Assembly: GCF_963921235.1 (NCBI RefSeq)
Contig: NC_086097.1
Span: 157,916,001-157,980,000, forward strand
Reading direction: 5' to 3'
Length of the DNA: 64,000 nucleotides
Origin: Mobula hypostoma
Taxonomy: Eukaryota
In this document: one piece after another, positions 53,161 to 64,000 of the stretch
Numbering within the stretch: position 1 is the first letter of the stretch
Layout: each line of letters starts with the position of its first letter
The notes under the pieces: model-generated
The model's input: the letters and a program-made list of their open reading frames with translations, nothing else
Told to the model about the DNA's origin: nothing
Databases searched by the model: none
Translations under genes and position numbers: made by a program

Positions 53161-54999
53161 ACATTTTAAGAATCAAACCCACTGACTTGCCAAGTTTATT
53201 TGTTATTTTTCATGTTCTAAAGCTTTGCAGTTTTTTCCCCCCATTTATCTAGTTTTGGTTGCTAATTTATGCAGAATCAAAGGCACTTGCTATTGAGACA
53301 TTCTTAGAAAGTATTGATGCATAAGACTCCTGACTACATTTGCTGTGAAAATGACAGCAAAGCTCATCATCTCTTGCTAGAATGTAGCCGTGTGATCTAC
53401 TTCACTAGAGGCCTATCTCACACTACCTGGCCTCATACTGTTTGGCTTAGCTGAATGGAAACTAGCTTTTGAAAAAAAAACTAAGCTCTGTTGGATTTCA
53501 TGCTTTTAAATTTCCTGCAGGGTTTTATTAATGTTCTGAAAGAGTGGATCTTGTCATCTTCAGTCACAAATTTCAGGTATTTACTTTTAAGAAGCACTAC
53601 TCTTTGCACATTCTACACAAATGCATTGCCTTTCTCTTCGGTAAACTCCTTGTAGGCATTGCAGCAGAGAACTTGCCAGTCGCAATTTTCACAACCCATA
53701 TCTTGGTTCCAGGCTTTCAATGTGTCACTGGAAATGAAAAGCTGGAAACAATCAGCCATAAGCCCAATCTGTGGAGAGATAAACAACTAAGTTAACATTT
53801 CAGAATTGACCTGAGATATTAAACATGTTCACTGCTCCACAGATACTGACTGACCTACAAAATATTTCCACTTATTTTTACTTCTTATGTTCAACATCTC
53901 CAGTATTTGGCTTTTGGATTAGTGTATTATCTATTTATCATACAAAACATATGTGGTTTGCTACTGCTTCACAGACTGCACTCCAAATGATGTGACTCCA
54001 GACCCAACAGATTGCCTCACTTTTTCACTGCCTCTGAATGGGCTCAGCAAACTATTCAACTGGACTAAAAACAATCAATAAAGAGAAACCAAATGAATCC
54101 CACCCTGTTGTAAACTTTCATACTGAACACCACAAAGTCCAGTCAACTCCATAAGGTCCCCCTCATCATTATCTGAGAACGCATTCCAAAATTGGGAGAA
54201 TTATCCCAACACACAGTCAAGCAAGAGGCTGATATAATCATATGAAATCATGACATTCTGCCCACAATTCAGTCTTTGCAATAACCTGGGCACGTTCTGC
54301 CCTATTGGCAAAATAAGCCTCTGAGGATTTATATATTGAGGATGGAGTGGCCCTGAAAATCCCCAGCATTGACTTGGGAATGATATCAAGTATGGACAAA
54401 AAGGTCTTTGCTGATTACTACCTATTGTTTTCCCTCATGCAATCGACCAATTTTCCTCTATGTTGAACATCAGTTAGAAAGAGTAATGGGAGAACCGTGG
54501 GCATAGAATGTACTTTTGTTGTCAGTTTTTGAGATCAGCACCTGGAGTGGGTCAGTAGCACGAGCAATCATCAAGATGGCTTCGTTCTGAAAACCATGAC
54601 TACCAAACTAGAGCAATAACTGATTTTGAGAGATCCAAAACACAAAAAACCTACTTGGTTTTGTCCGCACCAGTATACATACACCAGAGATGTGACTATC
54701 TATTATACTACAGGTAGAGTGACCACATTAGTGTCCTTGTTGAAACAAAGACTCACTCTAAGGTTACCTTCTAATCCAGTGAATCTCTCTACAACGGAAG
54801 AGAGTCAGAACAGATCCCGCTGCTCAAATTGAAGTACCCATGGGATACAGTCTACCAATTTATAACCTAATTTTCCATATTATCCCTCATATTTATTGTT
54901 CCCAGCAAGACAAGTGATCATAGTTGACAAACGTGGAAGAGCATGCCAGGGACAGCACTAGTCCCAACTTAAAGTGCAATCATGTTAGACCATAATGCA

Positions 55000-55546
55000 G
55001 AATTAGGCCATTTGGTCCATCGAGTCTGCACTGCCATTCAATCAAGGTTGATCTTTTTTTTCACCCTCCTCATCCCCACTCCTGGCATTCTCCCCGTAAC
55101 CTTTCAGACAGTGTCCAATCAAGAACCTGTCAAGCTCTGCCTTAAGTCATTGACCTGGCCTCTGTAGCAACCTGTGGTAATAAATTCCACAAATTCACCA
55201 CTTTCTGGCTAAAGAAATTTCTCCACATCTCTGTTTTAAATGGACGCCCCTCTATTGTGAGGCTGTGCCCTCTTGTCCTAGACTCCCCCATCATGGGAAA
55301 CATTCTTTCCACATCTACTCTGTCTAGGCCTTTCAACATTTGAAAGGTTTCAGTGAGATCCCCTTCATCCTTCTAAATTCCAGCAAGTACAGACCCAGAG
55401 TCATCAAACGTTCCTTGTATGATAACCATTTCATTCCTGAATCATCCATGTGAACCTCCTCTGAACCCTCTCCAATGCCAGCACAAATTTTCTTAGATAA
55501 GGAGCCCTAAACTGTTCACAATTCTCAAGGTGAGGCCTCACCAGTA
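55000..55546 (-). mobile_element. CR1 LINE 3' fragment
   Basis: MLKGLDRVDVERMFPMMGESRTRGHSL...RNFFSQKVVNLWNLLP. Confidence 0.9.
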
Positions 55547-55649
55547 TTGAAGATATAGTTACATGCATGCCATCAACCTGGTGAAGCAATCTCATCAGTA
55601 AAGGATCAGACCAGAGCTCTAGTTTTTTTCATATCCTGTCCCCGAGGCC

Positions 55650-57178
55650 TGACAGAATATTCCCCAGGCTGCTCCACAAGGCGAGGGACGAGATTGCTGA
55701 GCCTCTGACTAGGATCTTTATGTCCTCGTTGTCCACGGGAATGGTACCGGAGGACTGGAGGGAGGCGAATGTTGTTCCCTTGTTCAAAAAAGGTAGCAGG
55801 GATGGTTCGGGTAATTATAGACCAGTGAGCCTTACGTCTGTGGTGGGAAAGCTGTAGGAAAAGATTCTTAGAGATAGGATCTATGGGCATTTAGAGAATC
55901 ATGGTCTGATCAGGGACAGTCAGCATGGCTTTGTGAAGGGCAGATCATGTCTAACAAGCCTGATAGAGTTCTTTGAGGAGGTGACCAGGCATATAGATGA
56001 GGGTAGTGCAGTGGATGTGATCTATATGGATTTTAGTAAGGCATTTGACAAAGTTCCACACGGTAGGCTTATTCAGAAAGTCAGAAGGCATGGGATCCAG
56101 GGAAGTTTGGCCAGGTGGATTCAGAATTGGCTTGCCTGCAGAAGGCAGAGGTTCATGGTGGAGGGAGTACATTCATATTGGAGGGTTGTGACTAGTGGTG
56201 TCTCACAAGGATCTGTTCTGGGACCTCTACTTTCTGTGATTTTTATTAATGACCTGGATGTAGGGGTAGAAGGGTGGGTTGGCAAGTTTGCAGATGATAC
56301 AAAGTTGGTGACGTTGTAGATAGTGCAGAGAATTGTCAAAGATTGCAGAAAGATATTGATAGGATGCAGAAGTGGGCTGAGAAGTGGCAGATGGAGTTCA
56401 ACCCGTATGAGGGTGAGGTGGTACACTTTGGAAGGACAAACTCCAAGGCAGAGTACAAAGTAAATGGCAGGATACTTGGTAGTGTGGAGGAGCAGAGGGA
56501 TCTGGGGTACATGTCCACAGATCCCTGAAAGTTGCCTCACAGGTAGATAGGGTAGTTAAGAAAGCTTATGGGTTGTTAGCTTTCATAAGTCCAGGGATAG
56601 AGTTTAAGAGTCGCGATGTAATGATGCAGCTCTATAATACTATGGTTAGGTCACAATTGGAGTACTGTGTCCAGTTCTGGTCGCCTCACTATAAGAAGGA
56701 TGTGGAAGCATTGGAAAGGGTACAGAGGAGATTTACCAGAATGCTGCTTGGTTTAGAGAGTATGCATTATGATCAGAGATTAAGGAAGCTAGCGCTTTAC
56801 TCTTTGGTGAGAAGGAGGATGAGAGGAGACATGATAGAGGTGTACAAGATATTAAGAGGAATAGATAGAGTGGATAGCCAGCACCTCTTCCCCAAGACAC
56901 CACTGCTCAATACAAGAGGATATGGCTTTAAGGTAAGGGCTGGGAAGTTCAAGGGGGATATTAGAGGAAGGTTTTTTACTCAGAGAGTGGTTGGTGCATG
57001 GAATGCACTGCCTGAGTCAGTGGTGGAGGCAGATACACTAGTGAAGTTTAAGAGACTACTAGACAGGTATATGGAGGAATTTAAGTTGGGGGGTTATATG
57101 GGAGGCAGGGCTTGAGGGTTGGCACAACATTGTGGGCTGAAGGGCCTGTAATGTGTTGTAATATTCTATGTTCTATAG
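55650..57178 (+). mobile_element. CR1 LINE, 5'-truncated ORF2 RT and C-terminus with few lesions
   Basis: [16 protein letters not shown]...[11 protein letters not shown]...GSVLGPLL...KFADDTK...LEYCVQFWSPHYKKD...FTQRVVGAWNALP; ends in a TTCTAT microsatellite tail. Confidence 0.95.
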
Positions 57179-58034
57179 GAATGATCGTGTGTAATTCTAT
57201 TAACCAGAACAGGACAAATATAGAACCATTTTGAGCCAGAAATGCGAAGATAAGGACCCATCCACAGAATTCAGACAATTTAGCTCACTTAATGTCAGAA
57301 GGCAATTCAATTCACTCCATTGGTAATCAAATCTATATAACTTCCAACTCTACAGACCAAGAACTGAGGAGGGAGACCAACATAGATTATAGCTTCTTGG
57401 CCAGTATGGACACACAATGAACATAATTACTTCTTTCTATGTTGTCCAACTCTGTGCTTACAAGACTGTGTAATGGATGCAGTAATGGTTGTGGGTCCCA
57501 ACAACTTCCTAGTTATGGTGCTGAACTAGCTAGGACCCTAAGCCCAGCTATTCCAGGGAGTTACGGCACTGTCGTCTGCCCTATAGTTCAGAAAGTATAG
57601 CCATTAAAAGTACAACAAATCTAAACTAAGTAACAATTATCAGATAATTATCAATTATCTAGGTTTCTTCTGGGCTACTCCGCTCTAGTCCCCTTTATAG
57701 CCTTGGTCTAAACATGACAAAAGAACCAAATTCCAGAGGAATTTTGCTGAGAGGGAATGGACTTATCACTAAAGTAGAATTTGACCAACTTGCTCTCATA
57801 AGTTGCTCTCGTAAACGTGAAGTTGCTCTCATAAACCTGAAGTAACTGTAAGTACCATCTTTCACTGGCTGGAACAAACTCAGTCTTCTTCCATTGGGTA
57901 GAAGATACAACAACCTTAAAGCATGTATCACCAGGCACAAGGACAGGTTTTACCCCACTATTATATGATTATTAAATGGTTTCCTAGTATGATAAAATGG
58001 ACTCTTGACCTCACAGTCTACCTTGTCAAGATCT

Positions 58035-58175
58035 TAAACCAGAAAAAATCTGCAGATGCTGGAAAGCCAAGCAACACATACACGCACACAGCTGGAAGAA
58101 TTCAGGAGGCCAGGCAGCATCTATAGAAAAGAGTACAGTCAATGCTTTGGACCAAGACCCTTCATCAGGACTCTA
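58035..58175 (-). repeat. Penelope-type hammerhead-bearing short repeat
   Basis: Minus strand agtc CTGATGA agggtcttggtcc aaagcatt gactg (58172-58136), nested in a Rex1-like tail (about 57890-58380). Confidence 0.7.
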
Positions 58176-59212
58176 ATAGTAAGGTGTTAAGATCTTACAC
58201 TTTATTGTCTACCTGCACTGCACTTTCTCTGTAGCTGTTACACACTTTATACTGCATTGTTAATGTTTTACCTTGTTCAACCTCATTACACTATATAATA
58301 ATTTGATCTGTATGAACAGTATGCAAGCTTTTCACGGTATTTCTGTACATGTGACAATAATAAACCAACTTCAATTCCAATTTCAGTTCTTTCATTTCCA
58401 CAGTTTGTGCTTGTATACACTTCGTTAAGACTTACTCTAGTGGATTCTATATAATATTTACTTCACAGAAGTGCCAAGCCAATAGGTTTCTTCTGAAACA
58501 GTCTGACGATGCTAGTTTAGCTTTCAAAGGCATTGCAAGTACTGAATCTCTCACCATTCCAGGGTCATTGTTCGACACAGAGCTGGGGTGCGTCAGGACG
58601 CATAAACACCGTGCCTACAAGAACAGCTCAGAGGCTGTGTATTATTTGCTCACTGATTCATTTGATTCCCAAAGCTTTTCCACATTAAGAGTGGAAGGAG
58701 CTAATCCACACATGCTTAGATGTCAGAGCACCAACAACATTAAAGAAAATCAACAAGGTCGAAGAAACTGTACGATAGATACCTCATTCCCCTTAAAAAA
58801 CCTTTCTTATTCTGTCACTGACATTCTACCATCTGCAAAATGCATTGGAATAATGCACCAAGACTTGCCTATGAATATATTCCTAACTGCATTAGCTACC
58901 ATCTTGAAAAGTAGCATGTGTAAGGGAAAATCACACTGGCAAGTTCAACATTAAAGATGTATCAACCTGTCTTAGAATTATATCACCAAACTCCCAGCCT
59001 CACAAGTCAAAGTCTTGGAACTCCCTACCCGAGGGCATTGTGGAAGGTCCCCTTACTCTAAGATTGCTTCATTTGGATGTGGACTGCTTACGTAACTGTC
59101 TCATTACTTTCAAGGACCAATGGGATGGCAGATGCCGAGAATGCCATTAGCACTCTTACGCTCTTAAAACTGCACTATGCATTCACAATCTGCAGATATT
59201 TAACACTTATAT

Positions 59213-59836
59213 AGAAAACATAGACATAGAAAACCTACTGCACAATACAGGCCCTTCAGCCCACAAAGTTGTGCCGAACATGTCCCTACCTTAGAAATTA
59301 CTAGGCTTACCCATAGCCCTCTATATTTCTAAGCTCCATGTACCTATCCAAAAGTCTCTTAAGACCCTATCGTATCCGCCTCCACCACCATTGCCAGCAG
59401 CCCATTCCACGCACTCACCACTTAGTAAAAAACTTACCTCTAACATCTCCTCTGTACCTACTCCCCAGCACCTTAAGCCTGTGTCCTCTTGTGGCAACAA
59501 TTTCAGCCCTGGGAAAAAGCCTCTGACTATCCACATGATCAATGCTTCTCAGCATATTATACACCTCTATCAGGTCACCTCTCATTCTCCGTCGCTCCAA
59601 GGAGAAAAGGCCGAATTCACTCAACCCGTTTTCAGAAGGCATGCTCCCCAATCCAGGCAACATCCTTGTAAATCTCCTCTGCACCCTTTCTATGGCTTCC
59701 ACATCCTCCCTGTAGTAAGGCGACCAGAACTGAGCACAGTACTCCAAGTGGGGTCTGACCAGGGTTTTATATAGCTGCAACATTACCTCTCGACTCCTAA
59801 ATTCAATTCCATGATTAATGAAGGCCAATACACCGT
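59213..59836 (-). mobile_element. CR1 LINE 3' fragment (young subfamily)
   Basis: MLQLYKTLVRPHLEYCAQFWSPYYREDVEAIERVQRRFTRMLPGL; its 3' end is near-identical to 30141-30324. Confidence 0.93.
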
Positions 59837-60599
59837 ATTTTACATGTGAAATTACCTTCCAATATCCAACTTTAAAAAATATAAAGGTTTTATTGTATGT
59901 TAAATTAGCTGTGGAACCCCAGCTAATCTTGTAAAGTACTCAAGCACAGTATTATGGTAATTTCAAGTCCTAGGGGTTCATGAAGATTTCTGTGCCCAAT
60001 TTTGGGAGTTCATTATAGCAGTAGTAGGGAACTAACTCTGACATTTTTAATGTTTAGGAAATAAACAATAATATACTATTTTTTGAAAGCAGAGTGGTGA
60101 ATTGTAAGTAACTGCACCAAACTTTTATTCATGCTCTCCAGTATGAATGAATTTAGTTAACTCCATAATATCAAATAGGTATACTAATTGCCATTTGTTA
60201 ACTGAAAAATTTTCAGAGGTCTAATAATAGACCTAACCTACATCAGCAGAGCATATTTTCTGCTTTTGAAATAGATATAGGTTAATGTTGCTGCGTGCTA
60301 CTTAATTAGAAAGGATTCTTCATATAATATTAATAAAAAATTAATACTTCCTTGCTGCCCTGCGTTTCTTTCACCAAATAAGCAATTCCAAACTTTATTG
60401 AAAAGTTAAAGTTTTTTAAATTTAGCTTTTCTTCCTCCCCTTATCTCGATTAGATTAGATAAATTCATTAATCACATGCCAATTAAAACACCCAGTGACA
60501 GGCATCGCTTGCATTAATAACCAAAATAACCTGAAGATAGGCTGGGGGCAGTCCATATCTATTGCCATATATTCCGGCAACAACACAGCCTATCCATAA

Positions 60600-61762
60600 C
60601 AAGTCACAGGAGCAGAATTATGTCATTCAACCCATTGAGTCTGCTCAACCACTTCTTCATGGTTGATCCATCATCCCTCTCAAGCCCATTCTTCTGCCTT
60701 CTCCCTGTAACTTTTGACACCGTGATTAATCAAGAACTTATCAACTTCCACTTTAAATATACCGAATGACTTTGCCTGCACAGATGGCTATGTGAGTGAA
60801 TTCCACAGATTCACCACGCTCTGGCTAAAGAAATTTTTCATCATCTCTGATCTAAGTGGACGTCCCTCTATTCTGAGGCTGTGCGCTCTGGTCCTAGAGT
60901 TCCCCACCACAGGAAACAGCCTCGCCACATCCATTCTATCCAGATCTTTCAATATTCAAAAGGTTTCAATGAGATCCCCCTCGTTCTTCTGGACTCTAGC
61001 GAGTACAAGCCCAGAGCCATCATACGCTCCTCATATAATAACTCTTTCATTCCCAGAATCATTCTTGAAAAATCTCCTCTGGACCTTCCCCAATGCCAAC
61101 ACACCTTTTCTTAGATAAGGGGCCAAAACTGCTCACAATATTCCAAGTGCAGTCTGACCAATGCCTTATAAAGCCTCAGCATTATACCCTTGTTTATATA
61201 TTCTCACCCTCTTGAAATGAATGCTAACATTGCATTTGCCTTCCTTACTAGCAGCTCAAGATGCAAGTTAATCTTTCGGGAATCCTGCCCAAGGATTCCC
61301 AAGTTCCTCTGCAACTTTGATTTTTGAATATTTCCCCATTTAGAAAATAGTCAATGCTTTTATTCCTTGTGCCAAAGTGCACTTCCCTACACTATATTCC
61401 ATTTGCCACTTCTTTGCCCATTTCCCCAATCTGTCTAAGTCCTTCTGCAAACAATACCTGTCCCTCCACCTACCTTTGTATCATCCGCAAACTTGGCCAC
61501 AAAGCCATTAATTCAGTCAACCAAATCATCGACATAAAATGTGAAAAAAAACAATCCCAACACCAACCCCTGCAGCCAACCAGAAAAGGCTGCCCTTATA
61601 CCCACTCTTTTCCTCCTGCCAGTCAGCCAAACTTCTATCCATGCTAGTACATTTCCTGTAATACAATACTCTTATTTGTTAAGCAGTCTTATGTGTGTCA
61701 CCTTATCAAAGGCCTTCTGAAAATCCAAATGAACAACATCCACTGACTCTTCGTTGTCTATC
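60600..61762 (-). mobile_element. CR1 LINE 3' fragment, interrupted by the Gypsy LTR
   Basis: VDVVHLDFQKAFDKVTHIRLLNK followed by typical CR1 3' sequence. Confidence 0.85.
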
Positions 61763-61990
61763 TGTGGTAAACTATATATATGTTGTAACTGGGTTAACTG
61801 TCTAGACACGCCCCTCTGCTGACTGCCCCTGTGGCTCCTCCCACAGTCCCTGAATAAAGGCGATTTCGCCTTGCCCCTCCCCCTCCGTCCAGGGGCAGAC
61901 ACTCAGTATGGAGGTCACATTTTACCGCAAGTAAAAGCCTTTCGGTATTTACCCTACTTCTAGTCTTTTGGAGTTATTGATGGTGTATCA
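61763..61990 (+). mobile_element. 5' LTR of a Gypsy retrotransposon
   Basis: Begins TGTGG exactly where the CR1 RT sequence breaks off and ends ...TATCA 25 nt before the gag ATG. Contains a TATA-like gaataaagg and a poly(A)-signal-like agtaaa. Confidence 0.75.
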
Positions 61991-62015
61991 ATTTTATTTG
62001 CAGTAATTTTAAAGC

Positions 62016-64000
62016 ATGGAACGCGCGCTGAGATCCGACAAGTTAGATCTTGACCTACAAACACCTGAAGCTGGAAACGCTTTGGAAATCTGGCTGGCCT
62101 GCTTCAAATCATACCTGGAGGCGATTGAAGTGACCTACTCCAAGGCAAAGCGCAGAGTTCTACTGTCCAGAATCAGTCCACGGGTCTACTCGATGATCAG
62201 AGACCGGCCGAGCTACGACGGCACGATAAGCGCACTCAAAGGACAATACCCACGGCCGGTAAACACCATCTACGTGTGGCATTGCTTAGCGACTTGGCAC
62301 CAGCGGCCTGGGGAATCAAGTGCTGAGTTTGTCCGGGCACTACAGACGCTCATGTGGGCCTGTGATTGCCAGGGGCTGATGGCAGGACAGCATGCAGAGC
62401 TCCTAGTGAGAGACGCCTTCGTCACGGGGACCAGGTCAGTGTCTGTGTGTGCCAGCGGCTGTTGGAAAAAGTTGATCTTACTTTAAGTTCGGCGATCGAG
62501 CTGGCCGACACACTGGAGGCTGCTCTGCACAATTCTGAGGCTCTCCAGGCAGGCGATCCCCCGATGGCCTCATCAGCACCACAGACCCCGCAACCCGCCA
62601 GCGAATCGACCTCGGCTGCTGCCAGTCGTGAGTCTGCGAAGTGCTACTTCTGCAGACTCGAGAAGCACCCCTGGAAACACTGCCTGGCCTGAGAAGCTAC
62701 CTGCTCCAGCTGCGGAAAGAAGGGCCACTTTGCCAAGGCCTGAAAGTCCAAACCGCAAGTGGGATCGAGCAGCGCCGCGTGCGAGATATGGGGGTCGCCA
62801 TCTTGCCTGCCGCCATCTTCCCTGCACGCCACCACCACGTGTGAGACATGGGGGCGGCCATCTTGGTCAGCGCCACCTCTCACTGCCTACGATCAACGTG
62901 TGCTCATGGGGCACCCCACCACGCCGGACCAAGACAGCGACTCAACCCTGGCCTCCGTGACCCTCGACCAAAGCGCTCCCCACCAGCTCGCAAGGTCAAT
63001 GATGGACATGCTGGTGGAGGGGCGCAGGACAAGCTGCCTGTTTGACACAGGCAGCACAGAGAGTTTTATCCACCCGGACACGGTGCAGCATTGCGGATTC
63101 GCGATATGGCTGGTAAGTCAGAGGGTCGCCATGGCTTCCAGGTCACGTACAACAGACATCCGGGGGGGTTGTGTAGCGACACTAGTGGTGCAGGGCACAG
63201 AATATCGAGACTTTACGTTACTGGTCATGCCTCAACTGTGTGCCCCTGTGCTATTGGGGCTCGACTTCCAGAGCCACCTGAAAAGCGTGACAATGAAGTA
63301 TGATGGGCCCATCCCACCAATTACTGTCGTAAATCCCCAGTTTTGTGGGAATATGTCACATACCCCGCTATTGACCACACACACAGACCGATCCACACAT
63401 CCCACCCAACACCATGCCAATTGCCACACTACCGACACCACTTGCGGCCTCTCCACCCTCAGGATCCCTCCCCCACCGCTGTTCGCCAACCTGACCCCCG
63501 ACTGTAAACCTGTGGCAACTAAAAGCAGGAGGTACAGCGCGGGGGACAGAGCCTTCATTAAGTCGGAGGTGCAACGGCTGCTCAGGGAGGGGATCACTGA
63601 GGCAAGCACAAGTCCTTGGAGGGCGCAGGTGGTCGTTGTTCAGAACGGGGAGAAAAATAGGATGGTCGTGGACTATAGCCAGGCCATCAATAGGTTCACA
63701 CAGCTCAACGCGTACCCTCTACCCCGCATCGCGGATATGGTCAATCAGATAGCACAATACAAGGTGTACTCGACCATAGACCTAAAATCCACTTACCATC
63801 AGCTCCCCATCCGCCGGGAGGACCGCCCTTACACTGCCTTCGAGGCGGACGGCAGGCTTTATCACTTCCTGCACGTCCCCTTTGGTGTCACGAATGGTGT
63901 ATCTGTCTTCCAGAGGGCAATGGACCGGATGGTGGACCAGTGCCAACTGAAGGCCATGTTCCCATATCTGGATAACATCACCATCTGCGGTCACGACTGG
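62016..64000 (+). mobile_element. Gypsy gag-pol, disrupted (frameshift near 62440, stops at 62690 and 62741); protease and RT frame open to the window end
   Basis: Gag with two zinc knuckles (CYFC..H..C and CSSCGKKGHFAKA*). Protease LFDTGS at about 63038-63055. RT SPWRAQVVVV...RMVVDY...AYPLPRI...IDLKSTYHQ...YTAF...PFGVTNG...YLDN. The frame is open 62744-64000 and is missing from the ORF track because it has no stop. Confidence 0.93.

Noticed and set aside
1..64000. CRISPR arrays, tRNA/rRNA genes, prokaryotic defence systems
   Set aside because: No regularly spaced repeats, cloverleafs or operon-like ORFs; this is vertebrate intronic and intergenic DNA.

Overview
Vertebrate, repeat-rich genomic DNA. 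The repeat content (CR1, Rex1/Babar, Penelope-like elements with hammerhead tails, HE1/V-SINE, SacSINE1/Deu-SINE) points to a cartilaginous fish, probably a ray (inference). The only host protein-coding sequence I can support is the first coding exon of ADGRB1/BAI1 on the minus strand (ATG 41983, phase-1 GT donor at 41250). It lies in a ~8 kb CpG-retaining, transposon-poor region (about 39.4-47.5 kb) with a likely non-coding upstream exon and a CRE-CCAAT-TATA cluster pointing away from the gene. Bases 1-41250 appear intronic; I found no TSP1 exon. The rest is LINE, SINE and DNA-transposon debris, ending in the 5' half of a Gypsy LTR element inserted in a CR1. Best leads: (1) a 21-codon uORF whose stop overlaps the ADGRB1 start (ATGA); (2) a pseudoknotted multi-hairpin RNA candidate at 1507-1651; (3) a Gypsy element with no clear tRNA PBS, an LTR-complementary segment in its place, and a YLDN RT motif; (4) many decayed minimal hammerhead ribozymes; (5) a 178-bp duplication of the ADGRB1 5'UTR. 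No prokaryotic-type systems were seen. Repeat boundaries are approximate, read by eye.
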